DNA of 32,000 bases from Thermococcus kodakarensis KOD1 (GTDB taxonomy: Archaea > Methanobacteriota_B > Thermococci > Thermococcales > Thermococcaceae). Below, in pieces: positions 17,415 to 26,013 of this stretch (within the stretch, counting starts at the first letter, position 1; each line of letters starts with the position of its first letter). The notes beneath the pieces are model-generated. The model was given only the letters and a program-made list of their open reading frames with translations. It was not told where the DNA came from and ran no database searches. The DNA lies in contig NC_006624.1 of the NCBI RefSeq assembly GCF_000009965.1, forward strand, positions 1,020,001-1,052,000, given 5' to 3'. Made by a program: the position numbers and the translations under genes.

Positions 17415-18174
17415 GGGAGTGCGGCAGTTTAATTCCAAGCCCCAAAAGTTCCCCGACCCTTCTGGCGACTTCCCTAGGCGTGCCCTCTAAAAACACTCTT
17501 CCGTCCTTGAGCACAACTATTCTGTCTGCGTTTCTGAAGAGGAAGCGGTAATCGTGTTCGACGATTATTACCGTTACCCCCTCTTTTCTCAGCCTAAGTA
17601 TCACGTTCTCGACTTCTTTCTTACCCCCAGGATCGACCTGAGAAGTTGTCTCGTCCATGACGATAATCGTCGTCTTCATGCCCAGAACTGATGCTATGCC
17701 CAACCTCTGTTTCTCCCCACCGCTGAGGTTTGGCGGGAACTCCTCCCGCTTTCCTTCCAGACCGACGACCCTCAGCGCCCAGCTGACCCTCTCTTCTATC
17801 TCTTCCCTTGGAAGGCCCAGGTTTTCAAGGGCGAAGGCCACTTCATCCTCCACCGTCATATTGAACAGCTGGCTTTCGGGGTTCTGGAGCACGAGACCCA
17901 CCACTGTGGAGAGCTTAGAAACTGGTGTTTCCAGAGTTCTCAATTCCTCTCCAGTCGAGGGATTTCTGACCAGAACCTCCCCAGAGAAATCGCCCCTGAT
18001 GGAGTGGGGGATTACCCCGTTGAACGTCAGAACAAGGGTCGATTTTCCGCTTCCGCTCGGCCCGATTATCCCAACCATCTCCCCCCTTCTAACTGACAGA
18101 TTCACACCATTGAGGGCCGGCTTTTTCGAGCGCGGGTACTGGAAGCGCAGGTTCCTGACCTCCAGAACGTTCAC
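17335..18174 (-). CDS. ABC transporter ATP-binding protein, ECF/CbiO (EcfA)-like, orphan
   Basis: Walker A 'GPSGSGKST', Q-loop 'VLQNPESQ', signature 'LSGGEKQR', Walker B 'IIVMDETTSQVD' and H-loop 'VEHD'. The C-terminal 'LPHSLILSHRLGLPPLLSPEEF' resembles the EcfA tail. The GTG start overlaps the trkH TGA (GTGA). Confidence 0.85.
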   Translation of the reverse strand: MNVLEVRNLRFQYPRSKKPALNGVNLSVRRGEMVGIIGPSGSGKSTLVLTFNGVIPHSIRGDFSGEVLVRNPSTGEELRTLETPVSKLSTVVGLVLQNPESQLFNMTVEDEVAFALENLGLPREEIEERVSWALRVVGLEGKREEFPPNLSGGEKQRLGIASVLGMKTTIIVMDETTSQVDPGGKKEVENVILRLRKEGVTVIIVEHDYRFLFRNADRIVVLKDGRVFLEGTPREVARRVGELLGLGIKLPHSLILSHRLGLPPLLSPEEFQPRVTHQR

Positions 18175-19649
18175 CTTCTCAGCCCCCTAGGGAGAAGGAA
18201 GAACACGCTTATTATGAACACGAGCGTCGAGAATATCTCAAGCCTGCCTATCCACATGAGGAGTATGTAGACGAACTTAAGGTCAGCTGGCATCGCCGGG
18301 GATGTTATACCAACGCTGAGACCGACGTTGCCCTGGGCGGAGGCCACCTCAAAGAGAGCATCCGCGAGGTTGGCGTGGACTCTAAGCATTGTGTAGAGGA
18401 CTCCCGCAAGCAAGAACGCGACGTACGTCATCGTAAAGCTCATTACCTCCTGTATATCCTCCTCACTGAAGACGTAGTTTCCGACCTTTCTCTTGATAAC
18501 GGCGCCCTTCGGGAGTATGGCGCTTTCGATCGTCCACTTGAGGCTCTCGTACATCAGGGTTATCCTTATCAGCTTTATTCCGCCCGCAGTGCTTCCGGCA
18601 CCGCCGCCGATAACCATCAGCACCGCCAGGAGAAACTTTCCAACCTCCGGATACTTGGAGAGGTCGGATATCTGGAATCCAGTACAGCTTATAGCTGAAA
18701 CCGCATGGAAAACAGCGTCCTGGAGCGCCTGGGCGAGGGAATCCCCAACCTGGACTAGTCCATAGGCGATGAGGGAAACCGCAGGGATTAGGAAGAAGAA
18801 CATGTACCTGACCTGAATGTCCGCGAAGAACGGTTTGAGAGACCTGTCCTTGAAGACCCTGTAGTGGACTGTGAAATTAACGGCACCCATTATCATGAGG
18901 AAGATCGTCACGGCGTTTATAGCCGGACTGTGGAAGAACCCTATGCTCTCGTCGTGGGTGCTCATACCACCTGTGCCAAGACCTGTCATGGAGTGTGTGA
19001 GCGCATCAAAGAGGCCCATCCCGTTGATGTAGTACAGGTAGACACCAACAAGCGTCAGGACGAGGTATATTTCAAATATGACCTTGGCCGTGTTCACCAG
19101 GTTTGGAAGGATTCTCTCGCTCCTTGCCTCAGCCCTGTAGAGCCTGGCCGCGGCAACACCTGGCCGAATAAGGACGGTGAGGGCAACCAGTACTATACCA
19201 ATTCCACCTAACCACTGCATCCAGGCCCTCCAGAACAGCAGCATCTTGGGATAGCTCTGCAGGTTGCTCATCATGGTGAGACCAGTGCCTGTCCAAGCGC
19301 TCATACATTCAAAATAGGAATCCAGCAGGGGCATGTGAGCGATCTTCACAAAGGGGACAACGCTGACGAGTGAAGCGAGGAGCCAGGTAAATGCAGCAGC
19401 AACCATCGCCTGTCTGAGGTTTACATCCTCAATCTTGCTGGAGTGTCTGCTGAGCCAGGCCCCGAACAGGATTGAGGCCATTCCGGGCAGGGCGAAGTAT
19501 GGCACATATTTTATCTCCTCGGGATAGACCCACACCAGCAGCGCGGGAACAAGGTAAGCTACCCCCACACCCTCAAGTATTGATCCAGTGAGGTTTCTAA
19601 CGACGAAGAAGTCATCGGAGACGTTGATGTGCTTCCTGAAGTCTAACAT
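18171..19649 (-). CDS. trkH: TrkH/KtrB-family cation (K+) transporter membrane subunit
   Basis: Four pore-loop motifs are present: 'WTGTGLT', 'GLGTGGMS', 'ISCTGFQ' and 'AQGNVGLSVG'. The protein is 492 aa and polytopic. Confidence 0.85.
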   Translation of the reverse strand: MLDFRKHINVSDDFFVVRNLTGSILEGVGVAYLVPALLVWVYPEEIKYVPYFALPGMASILFGAWLSRHSSKIEDVNLRQAMVAAAFTWLLASLVSVVPFVKIAHMPLLDSYFECMSAWTGTGLTMMSNLQSYPKMLLFWRAWMQWLGGIGIVLVALTVLIRPGVAAARLYRAEARSERILPNLVNTAKVIFEIYLVLTLVGVYLYYINGMGLFDALTHSMTGLGTGGMSTHDESIGFFHSPAINAVTIFLMIMGAVNFTVHYRVFKDRSLKPFFADIQVRYMFFFLIPAVSLIAYGLVQVGDSLAQALQDAVFHAVSAISCTGFQISDLSKYPEVGKFLLAVLMVIGGGAGSTAGGIKLIRITLMYESLKWTIESAILPKGAVIKRKVGNYVFSEEDIQEVMSFTMTYVAFLLAGVLYTMLRVHANLADALFEVASAQGNVGLSVGITSPAMPADLKFVYILLMWIGRLEIFSTLVFIISVFFLLPRGLRR

Positions 19650-19722
19650 TCCCTCACCTTCCTGGACTATGGGGGTGGAAATAAAAGGTTTTTCGTAAGG
19701 TTTAAGGGCAGCCTAACACTAA

Positions 19723-20628
<906 letters not shown>

Positions 20629-20658
20629 TTCACCTTTTCTGTTTTCATATTTTGTTTC
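20629..20658 (+). terminator. oligo-T terminator candidate after map
   Basis: 'ttcaccttttctgttttcatattttgtttc' follows the TAA at 20626-20628 directly. Confidence 0.45.
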
Positions 20659-20776
20659 ATGCAGGATTAAACAAACCAAACTGAGGAGAGCCTGCCCTGT
20701 GAAAGTTTACCCTCAGAAGAGCCATTGGTGAATTTAAGGATAGAGGAGGAAAGACCCGGAGGGCCAGGCCCTTGAA

Positions 20777-20863
20777 TGGCGCCGGGGCAGGGATTTGAAC
20801 CCTGGTGGGCGGACGCCCACGGGATCTCGAGTCCCGCGCCTTCCCAGGCTAGGCTACCCCGGC
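20777..20863 (-). tRNA. tRNA-Ser (anticodon CGA), CCA encoded
   Basis: Hand-folded minus strand. Acceptor GCCGGGG/CCCCGGC, D-arm GCC..GGC with an AGCCTGGGAA-type loop, anticodon stem CGGGA/TCCCG with loop CT-CGA-GA. Long variable arm TGGGCGTCCGCCCAC, T-arm CAGGG-TTCAAAT-CCCTG, discriminator G, then CCA. Length is 87 nt. Confidence 0.9.
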
Positions 20864-20892
20864 GCTCTTAACCATCAACACTCCCCGCGAGA

Positions 20893-20910
20893 GACTTTAT
20901 AAATTTTTTT
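20893..20910 (-). promoter_or_regulatory. BRE/TATA candidate for tRNA-Ser
   Basis: On the minus strand 'AAAAAAATTTATAAAGTC' lies about 33-47 nt upstream of the mature tRNA 5' end, compatible with a short leader. Confidence 0.45.
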
Positions 20911-21577
20911 AGTCCCTTATCTCTGAAAGAAGAACCGCCACACAAAATCTGGATCAATGGACGATGAAATTAGGACATACTTAGTTGGTTTTAGTCTCGT
21001 CAGGTTTAAGAGTTGAACTCATAGTTGGGGTTAATCTTAAGAGAAAGAAGACGAAGGTAAAGAGGGTGGGAAAAGTGGTCATAAAAAGTACTGATGACAA
21101 GACCAATGGACTCAGAATTCGTGGGGCACTTGAAATCCGGCTCTCGCCGGAGATTTAGTGGATTTGGTGAAATCTGGTGAGATAGATATCAGTAAGATTG
21201 AGCAGAGGCCTCTTAAACTTAAGCGATACCAGAAGTTTGACTATTGACCAAACAGATACTACCAAAGTTTGGATTATAACTGTGGAGTCGATCACAGCCT
21301 TTCTGTAAAAACGTCTTGTTTGCGGCTCTTTTTTAGTCATTGAGCCGAAAGGTATATTTTCTCCAAAATCCACAATCTCAAGCTCCCCGCCTTTCTTTTT
21401 CTCTTTTGAAAACCCTGCCCTTTAGGATAGAAGGAGTCAGCTTTCTCAACTTCAAGAGACTATAGAAACACCACTCAAACCTACTAGAGGATTTAAATGG
21501 CATTGAGTTAGAAGGGAGGAAGCATATGAAAGAAAAGTTAATAATCCAGATTTCCCAAACATCTCAAGGTGTTAAGT

Positions 21578-21880
21578 ATGGCCGTGAGTGTGAAGAATTC
21601 GGAGGGAATAAAACTTCTCATTGAGGAGGTTGCGAAGGCCGTTGGTGTTTCACCAAAAGAGCTTATCGAGTATTATGAGTGGAAGGCTAACCGGGAGAAG
21701 CTAAAGAAAATGAAACCCACGAGGATGACTAAAAAGGAGGCTAAAAACTTCATACTCTCCCAGAAGGGAAAGAGGAAGATAAGCGAGGAAGAGGCCATTA
21801 AACTCTATTATGAAGCTGAGGAGGAGATCAAGAAATGGGAGAAAATCGAAAGAAAACTAAAGAAACTCGGCTTAGAGTAG
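21578..21880 (+). CDS. putative antitoxin / small Lys-rich protein with an HTH-like N-terminus (100 aa)
   Basis: ATG 21578 lies behind AAGGTG; GTG 21569 is an alternative start. 'LIEEVAKAVGVSPKELIEYY' looks like a helix-turn-helix, and the C-terminal half is Lys/Glu-rich. It sits immediately upstream of the PIN gene and overlaps it by 46 nt. Confidence 0.5.
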   Translation: MAVSVKNSEGIKLLIEEVAKAVGVSPKELIEYYEWKANREKLKKMKPTRMTKKEAKNFILSQKGKRKISEEEAIKLYYEAEEEIKKWEKIERKLKKLGLE

Positions 21881-22329
21881 TTATTGATACTTCAGTATTA
21901 TTCTCTGGTGCAATCTCCACTCGAGGTTATGCTTTTGAGGTTCTCGAACTCTTAGCTACGGGGAAAATAACAAACTACATTTCCTCAAAAACTCTCAAGG
22001 AATATGAAGAGAAGCTTTATTCAAAAAAGGCGCTGAGGTATATTTCCCTTGAGGAAGCTAAGGGGTATATTCAATCAATGAAGGCATTATCAAAAAGGGT
22101 TCAAATTAAGCGTTCATTCCAGAAGTCTAAAACTATTCTTGAGAAAGTCCGTGATCCGAAGGATATTCCGTTTCTGGACGTTGTGTATAACGCTAAGGCC
22201 GACGTGCTGATAACCTATGACCGTAAGCATTTGTTGAGAATCAGGAACAAAGAGAAGAAGTTTAAGCTCGGAAGACATGAGTTCTATATCCTCACGCCGA
22301 AAGAGTTCATAGAATTCTACAAAAAGTAA
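21835..22329 (+). CDS. PIN-domain ribonuclease toxin (PIN_3 / COG1569-like)
   Basis: 'RVVIDTSVLFSGA' (first acidic residue), 'KEYEEKL', 'DPKDIPFLDVVYNAKADVLITYDRKHL' (distal acidic residues). 164 aa, with the RBS-like GGAGGAG upstream of ATG 21835. Confidence 0.75.
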   Translation: MGENRKKTKETRLRVVIDTSVLFSGAISTRGYAFEVLELLATGKITNYISSKTLKEYEEKLYSKKALRYISLEEAKGYIQSMKALSKRVQIKRSFQKSKTILEKVRDPKDIPFLDVVYNAKADVLITYDRKHLLRIRNKEKKFKLGRHEFYILTPKEFIEFYKK

Positions 22330-22422
22330 TAATTCCATGATAAAATTTTAGCTCTTCACTGGGCGCTGGGCGAAAGATTTATTAACCTAACGTTACTTAA
22401 ATTCTGACGGGGCCTAGCAAAG

Positions 22423-22431
22423 GTTTATATC
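22423..22431 (+). promoter_or_regulatory. TATA box candidate for the CBS/HPF-like gene
   Basis: 'gtttatatc' lies about 40-48 nt upstream of ATG 22471, with the RBS AAAGGAGGTGA in between. Confidence 0.4.
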
Positions 22432-22470
22432 ATATGCCGCCCTAATAATAACTGAAAAGGAGGTGACAGC

Positions 22471-23646
22471 ATGGTCGGAATCCAGGTGCAAGAGGTAATG
22501 ACCGACAACTTCCAGAAGATCGACATCAATGCCCCGCTTTCTGAGGCCATAGGAATCTTCGAGAAGGAAGACCCCGATCTCATTCTCGTGTTCGATGGGA
22601 ACCTGTACAAGGGTGTATTGACCCAGGACTTGATCATACGCTCCCACCTCAAGTGGGATCCAACCAAGGCCAAGGTTAGGGACGTTTACAAGCCCGCTCC
22701 CGTTATCAAGCCCGATGAGGATCTGAGCAAGGCCGCCAAACTCATGATTGAGGTTGATCTCCGCTCGCTCCCAGTTGGGGAGAGCAAGGCCGAGATAATC
22801 GGCGTTGTAAACGATATGGCCGTCCTTGAGAGAGTTGCCCAGGAGAAGTTCGGCAAAGGTAAAGTTGAGGAGTACATGACCAAGGACGTCATAACACTCA
22901 AGCCGAGCGACACCGTCGCCAAAGCCCTGGCTGTAATGCGCGACCACGCGATTTCAAGGATACCCATAGTCAACGACGAGGGCAAGCTTGAGGGACTGGT
23001 TACCCTCCACGACCTCATAATCAGGTTCATCAAGCCGCGCTTCAGGGCCCAGGCTGGAGAGGTTGCGGGCGAGAAGATACCGCCCTTCAGCATGCCCCTC
23101 AGGGACGTCATGATAAGGGGAGTCATAACCATACTGCCCGACGCAACCGTAAGGGAAGCCGTCGCAACCATGAAGGACAACGACATCGACGGCCTTGTCG
23201 TTGTCAACGAGGACAACAAGGTAGTCGGAATCCTCACGGTCAAGGACCTCCTCCTGCCGATATCAAAAATGACCGAGAAGGAGGCAAGGTTCTACCTCCA
23301 GCTCGGCGGTGATGCTTCAATACTCAGCGACTTCACGAGGGAGCGCATAATACAGGACATAAAACGCTTCGTTGATGGATACGAGGATCTCCTTGGACAG
23401 GAGGGCATCATCTACCTCTACATCCGCCGCTTCCCTGAGAAGCTCAGGGGAGTTCACCTCTACCAGGCCAGGATGAGGGTCGTCACCGACAGGGGAACCT
23501 TTGTGGCCACGGGCGAGACCTGGGGTGCCATCCAGGCAGTTCACGACGCCCTCAGGGCCATTGAGAGACAGCTCCTCCAGAAGGCCGAGCTTGAAAAAGA
23601 TGTAAGGTACGCGAAACGCTTCATCGAGAAGCTTGGCCTTGCCTGA
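22471..23646 (+). CDS. four-CBS-domain protein with a C-terminal HPF/RaiA-like (ribosome hibernation factor-like) domain
   Basis: There are four CBS repeats. CBS1 'VMTDNFQKIDINAPLSEA...GVLTQDLI', CBS2 'KPAPVIKPDEDLSKAAKLM...GVVNDMAVLERV', CBS3 'YMTKDVITLKPSDTVAKALAVMRDHAISRIPIVN...GLVTLHDLI', CBS4 'VMIRGVITILPDATVREAVATMKDNDIDGLVVVN...GILTVKDLL'. The C-terminal aa 273-375 show the pattern discussed in findings. Confidence 0.85.
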   Translation: MVGIQVQEVMTDNFQKIDINAPLSEAIGIFEKEDPDLILVFDGNLYKGVLTQDLIIRSHLKWDPTKAKVRDVYKPAPVIKPDEDLSKAAKLMIEVDLRSLPVGESKAEIIGVVNDMAVLERVAQEKFGKGKVEEYMTKDVITLKPSDTVAKALAVMRDHAISRIPIVNDEGKLEGLVTLHDLIIRFIKPRFRAQAGEVAGEKIPPFSMPLRDVMIRGVITILPDATVREAVATMKDNDIDGLVVVNEDNKVVGILTVKDLLLPISKMTEKEARFYLQLGGDASILSDFTRERIIQDIKRFVDGYEDLLGQEGIIYLYIRRFPEKLRGVHLYQARMRVVTDRGTFVATGETWGAIQAVHDALRAIERQLLQKAELEKDVRYAKRFIEKLGLA

Positions 23647-24757
23647 AGGTCTCGAACTCCCTTTCTATCATTCCTTTCTGTTTTTCATCTAGCGTTTCTT
23701 CGTTGATCACGAGTATCATAAGGCCATTGGCGTTTAGCGTCATATCCTTAAGGTTTAGGAGAAACTTCATGGTCCGCTCAAAGCCGTTCTCAATGATGAG
23801 ATACTCAACCGAGTCAATGTAAACTGTTCTGTATCCTTTTCGAAGGGCATTTGCCACGAGGTCCGTCAGTATGTCTATGCTGGTTGGACTCACGGCATAA
23901 ACCTGGGGAGTCTCGGAGATGACGCCCTCTTTTGCCCGGGTCACCCAGAACACCAGCGATCCAGGGTGAATCTTACTCATAACGTCCATGATGTTTTCCC
24001 TGGTGATAATAACGGTACCCGGCCTTGACCACACATCCCCAATGGCCTGAACTACCTCTTCCTTGCCCTTGAACATAAAGGAGCCCTTGATTGGTTCGCT
24101 CGCACCAGAGACTGAAACTGCCCTCATAGGATAAAAGACGTACTTAACCGCACCGACCGCAGCCATAAACCTGAACAGCGCCCCCAGGAGGAAACCTATG
24201 GGTGCAAACCAGTCAATAAACCGGGTCACAGGATACGTGAGGTTGAGGGCTCCCAGAAGGATTAGGCCGTAGGGGAAGAGCCTCTCGATTGACTTTGGCA
24301 TTGTTGCCTCTAAAAGAACGTATCCAAAGTATATCATGGACAACCCAAAGATCAGATAGGGAAGGGAATATGCCACTGTGAGATTCTCAAAGAGCTTAAT
24401 GTCAGACGCAACTAGGAATATCCATATGTAAGATACTACGACAAAGATTGCCACGTACGCAACATCTTTGAAGTCGGTCTTCCCATACTTTATATGAAGC
24501 GCTCCCCACAAGAACAGTATCGCCACGGCAAAGGTTGAAACAACTGATGCAACTAGATAAGCATTCTCCTTGAAAGTTATCCCAAGTGGGTCGAGCACAT
24601 AGCTCTCCATGTCCAAAGCATCTATCAAAAAGGCAGCCGACAGCAGTACCCAGCCTTTCTCCCGGGTCTTTTTGGCCTGGTATGTGGAGGCTATAAACAG
24701 CGCCCATCGCGAGATAAAATTGAGGATTGGGATAATAAGGTCATAAAGAGCGTTCAT
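23621..24757 (-). CDS. polytopic membrane protein with a C-terminal cytoplasmic DUF835-like domain
   Basis: About 7 N-terminal TM helices precede a soluble tail: 'GTVIITRENIMDVMSKI...VFWVTRAKEG...TVYIDSVEYLIIENGFERTMKFLLNLKDMTLNANGLMILVINEETLDEKQ'. This matches my memory of DUF835, a RecA/KaiC-like fold without P-loop. Its ATG overlaps the stop of the upstream GlmU-like gene (4 nt). Confidence 0.7.
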   Translation of the reverse strand: MNALYDLIIPILNFISRWALFIASTYQAKKTREKGWVLLSAAFLIDALDMESYVLDPLGITFKENAYLVASVVSTFAVAILFLWGALHIKYGKTDFKDVAYVAIFVVVSYIWIFLVASDIKLFENLTVAYSLPYLIFGLSMIYFGYVLLEATMPKSIERLFPYGLILLGALNLTYPVTRFIDWFAPIGFLLGALFRFMAAVGAVKYVFYPMRAVSVSGASEPIKGSFMFKGKEEVVQAIGDVWSRPGTVIITRENIMDVMSKIHPGSLVFWVTRAKEGVISETPQVYAVSPTSIDILTDLVANALRKGYRTVYIDSVEYLIIENGFERTMKFLLNLKDMTLNANGLMILVINEETLDEKQKGMIEREFETFRQGQASR

Positions 24758-26013
24758 AACTCCTTCACCACCTTTTCCTGTTTTACAACTACGAGAGTCC
24801 TCGGAGGTACGTTCTTATCAACTATAACTCCCGGCCCAATAAGGGAGCCGCTCCCTATCTTCCTGCCCGGGTAGATTGTAACGTTTATGCCCGTCTTGAC
24901 GTTGTGGCCGATGATTGCTCCGAGCTTGTGCCTGCCACTGTCTTCAAGCTTTCCCTTTATTTCCACCTTGATGTTGCCCCTGTCGTGTCTCAGGTTGGCG
25001 GTTATGGTTCCCGCTCCGAGGTTGCAGTTTTCCCCTATAATTGAGTCCCCAACGTAGTTCAGGTGCGGCGCGTTGGAGTTGTCCATTATTATGGAATTCT
25101 TCACCTCGACGGCGTTTCCCACGTGGCAGTTGTCGCCAATGCTAGTGTAGGGCCTTATGAAGCAGTTCGGCCCGATGCGTGAGTTCTTCCCAATCTTCAC
25201 AGGCCCAATTATATAGGCACCGCTCCTTATGACTGTACCCTCACCTATCTCAACGGGCGGTATGAGGACCGCGCCCTCTTCAACGGTGCCCCTGACTTCG
25301 TGCTTCAGCTTGGTCTTTAGGAGGTACTCGTTCAGCTCAAGGAGGTTCCAGGGTCTTCCAATGTCGTTCCAGTAGCCGGAATAAGCGGCGTAGGCAACCT
25401 TCTTTCCGGCTTCAATCATTAGGTTTATGGTATCCGTAATCTCGTACTCACCCCTCTCGCTCAGGGGAGTGCGTTCAATGAACCCGAAAACTTCCGGCTT
25501 AAAGATATACACTCCGAGGTTTGCATAACCGGGGACTTTTCCGGGCTTTTCGGTAACCCTCTTGACGAGACTTCCCTCAACCTCGATCTTTCCAAAGTGG
25601 CTTAGGTCTTCAAAATGCTTAACGAGAAGAGCCGCATCGGCCTTTTCTCTCCTAAAAACAGCAACAAGCTCCCTAACACCCTCTTCCTCGAAGTATATGT
25701 CCCCGTTGGCCACTATGAACTCCTCATCTCCAACGTGCTCCCTCGCGCTCTCTATAGCCTTTGCGGTCCCATCCCCAGGAAGCTGTTCAACGTACGTTAT
25801 TGGCTTGCCGTTGAACTCATCGCCGAGAACCTCGATCAGCTTCTCCTTCTGATACCTGACTATTATCACGAACTCATCCACAAACGGGTCGAGATTCTCA
25901 AGCACGTACTCTATTATCGGCCTGTTTGCCACTTTTAGAACGACCTTTGGCCTGTCATCAGTCAGCGGCCTCAGTCTTTCCCCTTTACCAGCGGCGAGTA
26001 TTACACCCTTCAT
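24754..26013 (-). CDS. bifunctional sugar-1-phosphate nucleotidylyltransferase / acetyltransferase (archaeal GlmU-like)
   Basis: N-terminal 'MKGVILAAGKGERLRPLTDDRPKVVL' (NTP-transferase G-x-G-x-R motif) and 'GTAKAI'. The C-terminal half is hexapeptide LbH repeats ('IGPNCFIRPYTSIGDNCHVGNAVEVKNSII...IGENCNLGAGT'). Confidence 0.85.
   Translation of the reverse strand: MKGVILAAGKGERLRPLTDDRPKVVLKVANRPIIEYVLENLDPFVDEFVIIVRYQKEKLIEVLGDEFNGKPITYVEQLPGDGTAKAIESAREHVGDEEFIVANGDIYFEEEGVRELVAVFRREKADAALLVKHFEDLSHFGKIEVEGSLVKRVTEKPGKVPGYANLGVYIFKPEVFGFIERTPLSERGEYEITDTINLMIEAGKKVAYAAYSGYWNDIGRPWNLLELNEYLLKTKLKHEVRGTVEEGAVLIPPVEIGEGTVIRSGAYIIGPVKIGKNSRIGPNCFIRPYTSIGDNCHVGNAVEVKNSIIMDNSNAPHLNYVGDSIIGENCNLGAGTITANLRHDRGNIKVEIKGKLEDSGRHKLGAIIGHNVKTGINVTIYPGRKIGSGSLIGPGVIVDKNVPPRTLVVVKQEKVVKEL

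Larger units (their letters stand above)
20864..22400. other. low-GC accessory islet abutting the 5' side of tRNA-Ser (decayed remnants plus a PIN toxin-antitoxin pair)
   Basis: Hand counts give 22/60 G+C for 21001-21060 and 19/60 for 21961-22020, against 38/60 for 20281-20340 in map. About 700 nt (20864-21568) has no credible long ORF, which is unusual in this otherwise gap-free window. I could not recognise an integrase or an att repeat. Confidence 0.5.

Noticed and set aside
20681-20716. Inverted repeat CTGAGG...CCTCAG between map and the tRNA as a structured sRNA
   Set aside because: It is a 6-bp stem with a 24-nt loop and no flanking promoter or conserved box elements. It could be part of the tRNA trailer or terminator region.
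21128-21152. 'cttgaaatccggctctcgccgg' as a partial tRNA T-arm/acceptor copy (att site) for the tRNA-Ser islet
   Set aside because: Similarity to the tRNA-Ser 3' end is limited to 'TTSAAATCC' (S = G here, C in the tRNA). The orientation is inverted relative to the tRNA and the rest does not match. A computational repeat search is needed before calling att sites.
21090-21180. Possible C/D-box sRNA ('CTGATGA' at about 21091-21097 followed by 'ctcaga')
   Set aside because: There is no proper D/D' CUGA boxes or C' box at the required spacing, and the terminal stem is absent. Other TGATGA occurrences (for example 16074, 23803, 28259) lie inside coding regions without matching D boxes.
22359-22372. 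Tandem heptamer ctgggcg-ctgggcg at the right edge of the islet
   Set aside because: There are only two copies of 7 nt, which is too short to interpret and plausibly chance.
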